64,000 nt of DNA from an uncultured Gemmatimonadales bacterium (GTDB lineage Bacteria > Gemmatimonadota > Gemmatimonadetes > Longimicrobiales > RSA9). The translations under genes and the position numbers were made by a program. Below, in pieces: positions 1 through 8,246 of the stretch; position 1 is the first letter of the stretch; each line of letters begins with the position of its first letter. The stretch covers positions 32,001 through 96,000 of the forward strand of contig CAWAMW010000006.1 in NCBI GenBank assembly GCA_963783305.1, given 5' to 3'. Below the pieces are notes generated by a model that saw nothing but the letters and a program-made list of their open reading frames with translations, was not told the DNA's origin and made no database searches.

Positions 1-757
1 CCAGGTAGAGAGGCACGTAGACGGCGGCCTTGCCGAGGACCAGCCCCAGGGGCGTGGTTTCCAGGAGGTCCAGTTCGTCGACCCCCCATTCCCGGACGGT
101 TCCGGCCCGGAGCCCGATCCCGATGAGGAGCGTCTGCTGGAGCACCAGCACCAGCACGGCGGGGACGACGTAGGTGCCGTACCCCCCCGCCGGGTTGTAG
201 AGCGGAGCCAGCTCCAGGGGCATGGGTATGGCACGGTGCAGCGCAGTGCCCCGGGGGACGCCCCCGGCCTCCATCCGGCGCACCTCGATCCCGGCCGACA
301 GGGTGCCCGTGGTTCGGGCCAGCGCCGCGGCGACCCGGCTGTAGAGGAGGAAGTAGCCGGCATCGCCGAACGCGCCCACCCCCACGGCCTCGCCGCGCAG
401 GACGTCGGACTCGAAGTTCACCGGGATCACCAGCGCGCCGTGGGCCCGTCCGCTTCGCACCCGGCGCGCCGCGGCGTCCCGGTCCGGGACCACGGCCTCG
501 ATCCGTACGGCCTCGGTGGCATCGACCATCCGTATCAGGCGACGGCTCAACGCCGAGCCATCGGGGTCCACCACCACCACGGGGACGTCCCGGACCACCT
601 GGTGGAAGTAGGGGAGGGGGTAGAAGAAGGCGTACCCGAGGGCGCCGAGGACCAGGATCATGAGGGCGCCCCGGTCGGCCAGGAGCGTGCGGGCCTCGTG
701 ACGCGCCACGCGGAGGACGGCCGCCATGCGCCAGCGGGCTATCCCGCCGCCCCTCAC
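1..757 (-). CDS. ABC-2 type transporter permease (YbhS/YhhJ-like), partial, runs off the window start
   Basis: Manual translation from GTG at 757 (GTGA overlap with the upstream stop) gives ...LMILVLGALGYAFFYPLPYFHQVVRDVPVVVVDPDGSALSRRLIRMVDAT..., paralogous to the adjacent permease. Confidence 0.85.
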   Translation of the reverse strand, partial: MRGGGIARWRMAAVLRVARHEARTLLADRGALMILVLGALGYAFFYPLPYFHQVVRDVPVVVVDPDGSALSRRLIRMVDATEAVRIEAVVPDRDAAARRVRSGRAHGALVIPVNFESDVLRGEAVGVGAFGDAGYFLLYSRVAAALARTTGTLSAGIEVRRMEAGGVPRGTALHRAIPMPLELAPLYNPAGGYGTYVVPAVLVLVLQQTLLIGIGLRAGTVREWGVDELDLLETTPLGLVLGKAAVYVPLYL

Positions 758-1983
758 CCCCGCCCCCAGTAGTCGGGCTCCCGCAACAGCCGTCCGAAGC
801 GCGCCATGGAGAGGGCGGGCAGTACCGCTGCGAGAGCGAGCAGTGCCGCCATCGGTGCGAGCGCGGTCCGCGGCGGCGCGCCCACAACGAGCTGCCCCGT
901 CTGGACGCGGAGGTAATGGGTGAGGGGGAGCGCCGCAGACCACACCCGGGCGACAGCCGGCATGCCGGACAGCGGGAACGTGATGCCGGAGAACGCGAAC
1001 GCCGGGACCGCCAGCAGGCTTGCGAGACTGGTGGAGAGGCGGAGGTTGGCCGTCCACCCCACCAGCACCAGCGCCACGCCGAGGACGGCCAGGACCATGA
1101 GCACCAGCGCGCCCGCCAGCAGCGACGCGCTCCCCCGGATCGGCATCCCCAGGGCGTGGTACGTGGCGGCGCTGAGCCCGATGCCGAGCGCGGCGTACCA
1201 CGCGGCGTACGGCGCCAGCTTGCCCACGAGGGCCGGCCCCACGCGCCCATCGGCGGCCTCGAGCCAGGAATGGGCGCTGCTCTGCCGGAGCTCGCTGCCC
1301 AGGGCGTGGATGACCAGGAGCAGGGCGAAGATCTGGAGGAGTGCGGGGACCAGGGCGGTCACCAGGAACGCGGCGTAGTCCAGCTCTGGATTGAAGAGGG
1401 GGTGGGCCTCGATGCGAATCGGGTCGGTGGCCGGCTGGGCCCGCGCTCCCCCCAGGGCCAGCCGGGACCGGACTTCCAGCTCAGCGGACGCTGCACCGAC
1501 CGTTGCAGACAGTGCCCGGGCGATGAGCTTCCCCGGCAGCAGCCACTGTGCGTTGTAGTACCCGACGACCGGCGGGCCCTGTCCCCGGTTGGCGTCCCTT
1601 TCGAGGCCCGCGGGCAGCACCACGACCGCGTACACGTCCCCCTCCAGCATGTGCGCTTCTCCGTCGGCCGGGGTGGACGGGGTCGCCGCCACGCGCATGA
1701 CGCTGGTGGCGTCCATGGACCGGGTCAGCCGCCGCGACAGGTGCGTTCGGTCCAGATCCACCACGGCCACAGGCAGGTCCTGGGGCGTCCGGGACCCGAA
1801 CGCGCTCATGAGGACTCCCCACGCGGCCAGCGGCAACACCAGGAGGAGCAGGGGATAGAGCGGGCGCGAGCCCATGCGCGCCAGCTCCCGCCGGACCACG
1901 CGTCCGGTGCCGGGCCGCCATGCCTCGAACCCTCCGCGCGAGCCGGCATCGAGCCGGGCCTCCCGCCAGTCCCGGGTTGACAC
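754..1983 (-). CDS. ABC-2 type transporter permease
   Basis: DLPVAVVDLDRTHLSRRLTRSMDAT and LFNPELDY motifs, multiple TM helices, FSGITFP. Confidence 0.9.
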   Translation of the reverse strand: MSTRDWREARLDAGSRGGFEAWRPGTGRVVRRELARMGSRPLYPLLLLVLPLAAWGVLMSAFGSRTPQDLPVAVVDLDRTHLSRRLTRSMDATSVMRVAATPSTPADGEAHMLEGDVYAVVVLPAGLERDANRGQGPPVVGYYNAQWLLPGKLIARALSATVGAASAELEVRSRLALGGARAQPATDPIRIEAHPLFNPELDYAAFLVTALVPALLQIFALLLVIHALGSELRQSSAHSWLEAADGRVGPALVGKLAPYAAWYAALGIGLSAATYHALGMPIRGSASLLAGALVLMVLAVLGVALVLVGWTANLRLSTSLASLLAVPAFAFSGITFPLSGMPAVARVWSAALPLTHYLRVQTGQLVVGAPPRTALAPMAALLALAAVLPALSMARFGRLLREPDYWGRG

Positions 1984-1986
1984 CGG

Positions 1987-3003
1987 CTACCGGTCCTCGA
2001 CCCCATGGGCGGCGATCAGGACGCTCATCCCCGGCCGGAGTCCCGCCATCGGGTGGATCGGACGCGCCCGCACCTCGAAGGTGCGGAGGTCGAAGCCGCC
2101 CGATCCACGCGTCGAGCGCCAGGTGGCGAAATCGCCCATGGCGGCGATGTAGGACACTTCGAGATCCACCGCCCCGCCGCCGAGCGCCGGCACGGTGCCA
2201 CGCATCGTCTCGCCCATCCGTACGCCGGCGAGCCGGTCCTCGCGCAGGTGGAACGTGACCCACGCGTCCGACAGGTCGATCACCGCCACCACGGGCATTC
2301 CGGGGCCCACCAGCTCGCCGGGCTCCACCACACGCTCCGTCACCTCGCCCGCCAATGGAGAGACCAGCCTCATCTCATCCAGGTAGGCCTGCACTTCCGC
2401 TCGGCCGCCCTCCGCCTGACGGACCAGCGCGCCGGCCGCCGCACGATCCTCGCGCCGCGCCCCGGCCCGCGCCATCTCGTACGCCGCGCCCGCCGCCTCC
2501 GCCGCCGACCGGCTCGTGGCCAGCCGGGTCTCCGCCTCATCCCGCTTCTGCGCCGGCAGCACACCCTCGTCATAGAGCGCCTGGACCCGGTCCAGTGTGG
2601 TGGCCGCCAGCCGGGCCGCCTCCCGCGCCCGCTCCCACTGGGCGCGCGCCGCCCGGACCTCCTCCGTTCGGGCGCCGCTCCGCGCCTTGGCTTCCTGCGC
2701 TCTCGCCGCATCCAGCGACGCGTCGGCCTGCGTGGCCTTCGCCTCGATCTCCGGGCTCCGGAGCACCGCCACTTCCTGGCCGGCCTCCACCCGGTCGCCC
2801 TCATGGACCAGCAGGGCGTCGATCCGGCCCGGCACCTTCGCCGATACCGTCACCTGCCGCGCCTCCACCTGACCCTGGATCGGCGCGGGCTCCCGCCGCG
2901 TCGCCCACCACGCCAGCCCCAGCACCGCCGCCAGCACGATCCCCAGCCCCAGCGCCACCGCACCGCGCACCATCTTCTCCCGCTTCTCCGTCCCGTCGCT
3001 CAT
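1987..3003 (-). CDS. HlyD-family membrane fusion protein
   Basis: N-terminal TM, biotinyl-like VSAKVPGRI..VHEGDRVEAGQ, coiled coil, GDFATWRSTR..FDLRTFEVRARP, GLRPGMSV. Confidence 0.92.
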   Translation of the reverse strand: MSDGTEKREKMVRGAVALGLGIVLAAVLGLAWWATRREPAPIQGQVEARQVTVSAKVPGRIDALLVHEGDRVEAGQEVAVLRSPEIEAKATQADASLDAARAQEAKARSGARTEEVRAARAQWERAREAARLAATTLDRVQALYDEGVLPAQKRDEAETRLATSRSAAEAAGAAYEMARAGARREDRAAAGALVRQAEGGRAEVQAYLDEMRLVSPLAGEVTERVVEPGELVGPGMPVVAVIDLSDAWVTFHLREDRLAGVRMGETMRGTVPALGGGAVDLEVSYIAAMGDFATWRSTRGSGGFDLRTFEVRARPIHPMAGLRPGMSVLIAAHGVEDR

Positions 3004-4583
3004 CGTCCCGCTTCCTCTCCGTACCGCTGCTCGGTCCCATCCCCCGGCGCAACAGACGCTGCGCCTGCCGGTTCGGCGGCCGTTCCGCCTGCCGTTTTGC
3101 CTGCCGTTTCGTCCGCGGTCGCGCCCATCAGTGCCGGGAGCCGATCCGTCTCGCCCGCCGCCGCCAGGAGCCGTACCAGCGCCACATCGGCGTCATAGAG
3201 CGCTTTCTGCCGCCCCAGCCGAACCCGCGAGAGCGCCGCCTCGGCGTCCACCACGTCCAGCGACGTGGCGAGTCCGGCGCCGAACGCCACCTCCTGCGCT
3301 CTGAGACTTTCCTCCGCCAGCTCACGCGTCGCGTCGAGCTCGATCAGCCGGTCCCGGGCCTCCTGCAGCTCCCGGTACCGACGCTCCACCAGCAGCGCCA
3401 CGTCCTGCCGACCCCGGGACACGCGCAGCCCGACCTCCTCGGCCCGCGCCCGGGCCGCACGTAGCCCCTGCCACCGCCGACCCCCCGCCAGCACTGGAAC
3501 CCGGACCGCCACGCCCACGGCCCAGGCGGGCTCCAGGATCGTCAGCTCGTCCGGCAGGAGCTCCCGCATCCCGAACAGGGCCACGCTCGGGAGGAGCTCT
3601 CCCCGGGCCGCCCGAACCCCGGCCTCGGCCTGCTGACGACCGGCCTCGGCCCGGGCGAGCGCCGGATTCGCCTCCTGCGCTCGGGCACGCCACTCCGCCA
3701 ACGAGCCCACCCCTTCTGGGAGGAAGAGAGGCGTGGACGCCGTGACCGGGCCGTCCACCGACAGCGTGCTGGCCAGCGCGGCACGCGCCAGCGACCGGTC
3801 GCGCTCCGCGGCCAGCAGCGCCCGCGATGCCTCGGCTGCCGCCACCTCGGCGCGCAACCGCTCCGCCCGCGCGACCTGGCCGTGGGTCTCCAGCAGGCGC
3901 GCCCGCTCCGCGTGCCCCGACAGGCTCCGCGCCGCCTCCGCCCGCGCCGCAACCGCCGCCTCCGCCAGCCGGAGCCCGAAATACCGCTCCGTCAGCTCCA
4001 CCGTCACCCCGTCCAGCGCCGACCGCCGCTCGGCTTCCGCGGCCCGGGTGGCCGCACCCGCCGCCCGGACACCCGCCACCCTGCGACCTCCGGTGAACAG
4101 CGGGACCGTGGCCTCCAGCGTCATCCGGTCGAATCGCTCACCCTGGATCTGCGCGACGAATGGCGGCACCGCTTCCGCCGGCACCCCCGGATGCAGCCCC
4201 ACCATCGCCCCTCGGATGGGCGCCAGATCCATTACCATCGGACCGTCCACCCGCGTGTGCCGCCCCGTTACCTCCACTTCGGGCAGGAACCGACCCCACG
4301 CCGCCAGCCGCTCCGCCTCCGCTCGACGCACCGCCGCACTCGCCGCACCCACCCGCTCGTGCTCACCCCGGACCCGCTCGAACGCCGACCGGAACGTCAC
4401 CGATGTCACCGACGGGACCGACGCGGGAACACCACGGACCGGCCCCGTGGACTGCGCGCCCACCGGCCGACCGAGTGCCAGGGCAGCAGCCAGCACCGTC
4501 AGCCACGCGACCCGGATCGCGCCACGCTCCCCCGGCAGCCCAGCGCCCTCGCCCCCACGTTCCCTCTCCCTCCTCCGCCCCAT
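3000..4583 (-). CDS. TolC-family outer membrane efflux protein
   Basis: Signal peptide, two OEP repeats (VPLFTGGRR; FGAGLATSLDVVDAE); first gene of the efflux operon. Confidence 0.9.
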   Translation of the reverse strand: MGRRRERERGGEGAGLPGERGAIRVAWLTVLAAALALGRPVGAQSTGPVRGVPASVPSVTSVTFRSAFERVRGEHERVGAASAAVRRAEAERLAAWGRFLPEVEVTGRHTRVDGPMVMDLAPIRGAMVGLHPGVPAEAVPPFVAQIQGERFDRMTLEATVPLFTGGRRVAGVRAAGAATRAAEAERRSALDGVTVELTERYFGLRLAEAAVAARAEAARSLSGHAERARLLETHGQVARAERLRAEVAAAEASRALLAAERDRSLARAALASTLSVDGPVTASTPLFLPEGVGSLAEWRARAQEANPALARAEAGRQQAEAGVRAARGELLPSVALFGMRELLPDELTILEPAWAVGVAVRVPVLAGGRRWQGLRAARARAEEVGLRVSRGRQDVALLVERRYRELQEARDRLIELDATRELAEESLRAQEVAFGAGLATSLDVVDAEAALSRVRLGRQKALYDADVALVRLLAAAGETDRLPALMGATADETAGKTAGGTAAEPAGAASVAPGDGTEQRYGEEAGR

Positions 4584-4604
4584 TCCGCTTCCTCCCCACC
4601 CGTT

Positions 4605-4626
4605 TTATTGAAGTACCACTCAACAA
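4605..4626. promoter_or_regulatory. Putative TetR operator, copy 1 (TTATTGAAgtaccACTCAACAA)
   Basis: Imperfect AT-rich palindrome between divergent tolC and tetR; 17/22 identical to the site at 5522-5543. Confidence 0.7.
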
Positions 4627-4723
4627 TTAGTGGCGGGCGCTCCGACTGTCAATGGAGGGACCCGGTTGGCGGGGGGGGCGGGGAGACATAGCTTCAACGG
4701 GCACACCTTGACGGGAGAGGGAC

Positions 4724-5377
4724 ATGGCGGATGCTGACCAAGGATCAGGGGGGGCGGAGCCGCGCTGGCGGCGCCGGAAGGATGCGCGGCCGCAGGAGCT
4801 GACGGCGGCGGCGCTGGATCTGTTCGTCCGGCAGGGGTTCGCGGCCACGCGAGTGGAGGACATCGCGCGGCAGGCGGGGGTCACACAGGGCACGATCTAC
4901 GTGTACTTCGAGAGCAAGGAATCGTTGCTCAAGGAGGTGGTCTACGAGTCCATGGTGCCGGTCCTGGCCTACGCCAACCGCCGGCTGGAGGCGTACGAGG
5001 GGACGGCGCGCGGCCTCTTTCGGGAGCTGGTACACGGCTGGTGGGAGCGGGTCGGCGAGTCACGCTTCGCGGGCGTACCCAGGCTGATCGTGGCGGAAGC
5101 CTCCCAGTTTCCCGACCTGGCGGCCTTCTACATGGAAGAGGTGGTGGAGCGCAGCCGCGGCATCTTCGGCCGCGTCCTCACCATGGGCATCGACCGTGGC
5201 GAGTTCCGTCCCCTGGATGTCGCACACGCAGCCCGCCTCGCCATGGCGCCCCTCCAGCACGCCGCCATCCACCAGTACTCGCTCCAGCCCTTCGACCCCA
5301 CGCCCTACGACATCCAGGCGTACCTGGACCTCCACATCGAGATCTTCCTCGACGGCATAGCCGCCCCCAAGCCCTGA
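4724..5377 (+). CDS. TetR/AcrR family transcriptional regulator
   Basis: AALDLFVRQGFAATRVEDIARQAGVTQGTIYVYFESKESL HTH; divergent from the efflux operon. Confidence 0.95.
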   Translation: MADADQGSGGAEPRWRRRKDARPQELTAAALDLFVRQGFAATRVEDIARQAGVTQGTIYVYFESKESLLKEVVYESMVPVLAYANRRLEAYEGTARGLFRELVHGWWERVGESRFAGVPRLIVAEASQFPDLAAFYMEEVVERSRGIFGRVLTMGIDRGEFRPLDVAHAARLAMAPLQHAAIHQYSLQPFDPTPYDIQAYLDLHIEIFLDGIAAPKP

Positions 5378-5521
5378 CCGCCAAGCCCTGACCCCCAGCA
5401 GGCCTCCAGCCACGGCCCGCGCCCCCGCATACCGCCCCGTCCCGTACCACCCCGTACCGCTCCGCCCTGTCAGGCTCCCGCACTACCCATGGCTTGCCAC
5501 GATCCGACATCTGCGGTAGTG

Positions 5522-5543
5522 TTATTGAACAGTGACTCAACAA
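5522..5543. promoter_or_regulatory. Putative TetR operator, copy 2 (TTATTGAAcagtgACTCAACAA)
   Basis: Same arms as 4605-4626; ends 12 bp before the ATG at 5556. Confidence 0.7.
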
Positions 5544-5555
5544 AGTGAGGCATAG

Positions 5556-5987
5556 ATGCGTTCGCGAGTGGTGATGATGGTACTGATCATGGGAGCGGCA
5601 ACGACGACGGTGGCCACGGCTCAGGAGGTCGATGTACGGCCGACCGGCCCGGAGGCAGGGACCGCGGCGGCGGGGGTCGAGTCGCCGGTGAGTGGAACAG
5701 CGGTGCACGCGCCGGAGATCCCGACGTCCTGGCAGCGGATGGAGTCGCGCGGTGTGACCGTGGAAACCGACCTGGGGACGCGGCTGGGCGTGGAAGCGGA
5801 TTCGCGCGACCGGCTGGGCCACTGGCTGATGGTGGCGGGGGCGAGCCTGGTAGCGGCCGGTCTTGGGGACTACGTGGTGGGGAGTCCTGACATAGGTCTG
5901 AGCGCCCGGGGGATTGCGGCCTACGGCAGCGGACTGGTGCTGTTCAGCTACGGCGCGCTGCGGGCGCCGGTTCGTGGCTCGCCGTAA
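5556..5987 (+). CDS. Hypothetical exported/membrane protein
   Basis: Signal-peptide-like N-terminus (ATA-Q), two C-terminal hydrophobic segments, GAGG RBS. Confidence 0.6.
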   Translation: MRSRVVMMVLIMGAATTTVATAQEVDVRPTGPEAGTAAAGVESPVSGTAVHAPEIPTSWQRMESRGVTVETDLGTRLGVEADSRDRLGHWLMVAGASLVAAGLGDYVVGSPDIGLSARGIAAYGSGLVLFSYGALRAPVRGSP

Positions 5988-6073
5988 TCACGGATCGATA
6001 AGGCCGGGAGCCTCCGGGCTCCCGGCCCCCGGCATCCGCCACGGTGGGGGAGTGTCTCTCCCTCGCGGCGGCA

Positions 6074-7975
6074 CTACTCCGGCAGGACCCCGATCCGGAG
6101 CCGGGATGGGTGCTCCTTGGAGAAGTACACCCGCTGGGTGGCCGATACGAACGGGGCGCGGCTGTCGAGGTCGTACGGGTTGTCCACGTAGATGTGCGGG
6201 TTGATGTCGACCAGGGGGAACCAGGTGCTCTGGACCTGGACCATGATCCGGTGGCCCTTCCGGAAGGTGTGGAGCACGTCCTGAAGCGGCACGTCCACCC
6301 GCGTCACCTCCCCCGACCGGAACGGTTCCGGCTTGCTGGGTCCGTTCCGGTACCGGCCCCGGATCACGTCGCTCCGGACCATCATCTGATAGCCGCCGGT
6401 TCGGAACCCGGCCCGGTCCTCGGCGGCTGGCGAGTCCGGTGCATCGCCCGGGAACTCGTCGATGACCTTCACCACCCAGTCGCTGGCGGTCCCGGAGGTG
6501 GAGACGAAGAGCTCGGCGACGATGGGCCCGGCCAGCGTCACGTCATCCTCCAGCACGTCGGTCCGGTAGACCGCCACGTCCGGCCGCCGGGCGGCGAACC
6601 GCTGGTCCTCCGTCATGTACTCCCGGTTCATGCCGAGGGCGATCTCCCGGGTGTGGGGAACCGGTGTGGCGGGGTCGCTCGTCCACTCGTCGAAGGGGGA
6701 GCCGACGGGCGACCCGACGGCGGGGCCGGACCACGAGAGCGAGCCGCCCTCCCCAAGGTACAGCGAGCGCGGCTCCACGGCGGCTGGGGCCCACTCGGCG
6801 AATCGACGCCACTCGTTCCGGCCGGTGTCGAACATGGTGGCCTCCGCCAGCCCCGGGGCGGGCGCGTTCGCCAGGTGATGGCGGAACCAGGGGAGCTCGA
6901 TGCTGTCCTGGTAGAACTCCGACGTCCGCTGCCGGAACCAGGCGTCGCCCAGGCGGTCGCCGTCCGTCCGGGACCAGCCGCCGTGGACCCACGGCCCTTC
7001 CACGATCCGGGTGTCGGACGACGGGTCCAGCCCCTCGATCGCGCGGTAGATGGCCAGCGGGCCGTACAGGTCCTCGGCGTCGTACCAGCCGCCCACCACC
7101 AGGACGGCGGGGGCCACGTTGCGCAGGTGCGGCAGCAGGTTGCGCCGCTGCCAGAATTCGTCGTAATGGGGGTGGGCGATGATGGAATCCCAGAACGGGA
7201 CGCGGTGGCGGTACCACTCGTCGTTGATGTTCCCGAGGGGGCCGAGGTCGCGGGCTAACGCGTAGCCGTCGTCGGTGCCGTAGTCGAGCCGCTCGGGCCA
7301 CTCCGTGGTGGGCTCCGGGCGCGGCTGGCCGAAGGACCAGAAGAAGCCGAAGAAGTGCGAGAGGAAGAAGGCGCCGTTGTGGTGGAAGTCGTCGTACCAC
7401 CAGTCGGCGATGGGGGCCTGCGGTGACACCGCCCGGAGCGCAGGGTGGGCGTCGATCATTCCGGCGGCGCTGTAGAAGCCAGGGTAGGAGATCCCCCACT
7501 GGCCGACCCGTCCGTTGTGGCCGTCGACGTGGTCGAGCAGCCACTCGATGGTGTCGTAGGTGTCGGTGCTCTCATCGATGTCCGCCGGGCCGTCCTTCAC
7601 CGCGACGTGGGGCGTCATGTTGACGAAGTCGCCCTGGCTCATCATCCGGCCGCGCACGTCCTGATAGACGAAGATCCAGCCGAGGCGGGTGAAGGCGCCG
7701 TTCGGCCCCAGTGGCGCCCGGAACGCGTCCTCGCCGTATGGGGCGACGCTGTACGGAGTGCGGAAGAGCAGGATGGGGACCGGGCCGGCCGCGTCCTTCG
7801 GGGTGTAGATCGCGGTGAAGAGCTCCACGCCGTCCCGCATGGGGATGTGGACCTCCCGCTTCTCGTAATGGTCGCGGACGTACTCCGCGTCCACCTCCTG
7901 CGCGGCCAGGGGCGCGCCGGGGAGGACGAGCAGCAGGACGACCCGGGCGGCCCGGGCGAGCAGGCGGCGGTGCAT
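6074..7975 (-). CDS. CocE/NonD family hydrolase (alpha-amino acid ester hydrolase / glutaryl-7-ACA acylase-like)
   Basis: Start reassigned to MHRRLLARAA (signal peptide); IPMRDGVELFT, RTPY, QDVRGR, GISYPGFY nucleophile, GPWVHG. Confidence 0.92.
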   Translation of the reverse strand: MHRRLLARAARVVLLLVLPGAPLAAQEVDAEYVRDHYEKREVHIPMRDGVELFTAIYTPKDAAGPVPILLFRTPYSVAPYGEDAFRAPLGPNGAFTRLGWIFVYQDVRGRMMSQGDFVNMTPHVAVKDGPADIDESTDTYDTIEWLLDHVDGHNGRVGQWGISYPGFYSAAGMIDAHPALRAVSPQAPIADWWYDDFHHNGAFFLSHFFGFFWSFGQPRPEPTTEWPERLDYGTDDGYALARDLGPLGNINDEWYRHRVPFWDSIIAHPHYDEFWQRRNLLPHLRNVAPAVLVVGGWYDAEDLYGPLAIYRAIEGLDPSSDTRIVEGPWVHGGWSRTDGDRLGDAWFRQRTSEFYQDSIELPWFRHHLANAPAPGLAEATMFDTGRNEWRRFAEWAPAAVEPRSLYLGEGGSLSWSGPAVGSPVGSPFDEWTSDPATPVPHTREIALGMNREYMTEDQRFAARRPDVAVYRTDVLEDDVTLAGPIVAELFVSTSGTASDWVVKVIDEFPGDAPDSPAAEDRAGFRTGGYQMMVRSDVIRGRYRNGPSKPEPFRSGEVTRVDVPLQDVLHTFRKGHRIMVQVQSTWFPLVDINPHIYVDNPYDLDSRAPFVSATQRVYFSKEHPSRLRIGVLPE

Positions 7976-8246
7976 GGCGATCTCCAGGAATGTCGGCCGG
8001 GGCTCCAGGCGCGGAAGGTGGGGGCGGGGCTGGAGCGCGGCAAGGGGATCCGCCGGGTTCCGCGCGTCTGACACCACGATGGCAGTCCGGGCGTGGCGGC
8101 GCCCCTGCGCCGGATATCCATTGATGTCCGCCTGCCCGGCACGTAAATAGGAGCAGCGCCCGTCCGTCACCCCCGGCCCCTCGCCCCGGACGGTCGCCTC
8201 ATGCAACCCCCCCGAGGGAGGGGCGGCCGCCCTGAAGGGAGCCCCC

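Noticed and set aside
1..4583. Efflux operon apparently lacking an ABC ATPase
   Set aside because: The operon runs off the window edge, so absence cannot be judged
5367..5393. 13-bp tandem duplication CCAAGCCCTGACC across the tetR stop codon
   Set aside because: Only two adjacent copies with no intervening element; most likely slippage, not an att site or array
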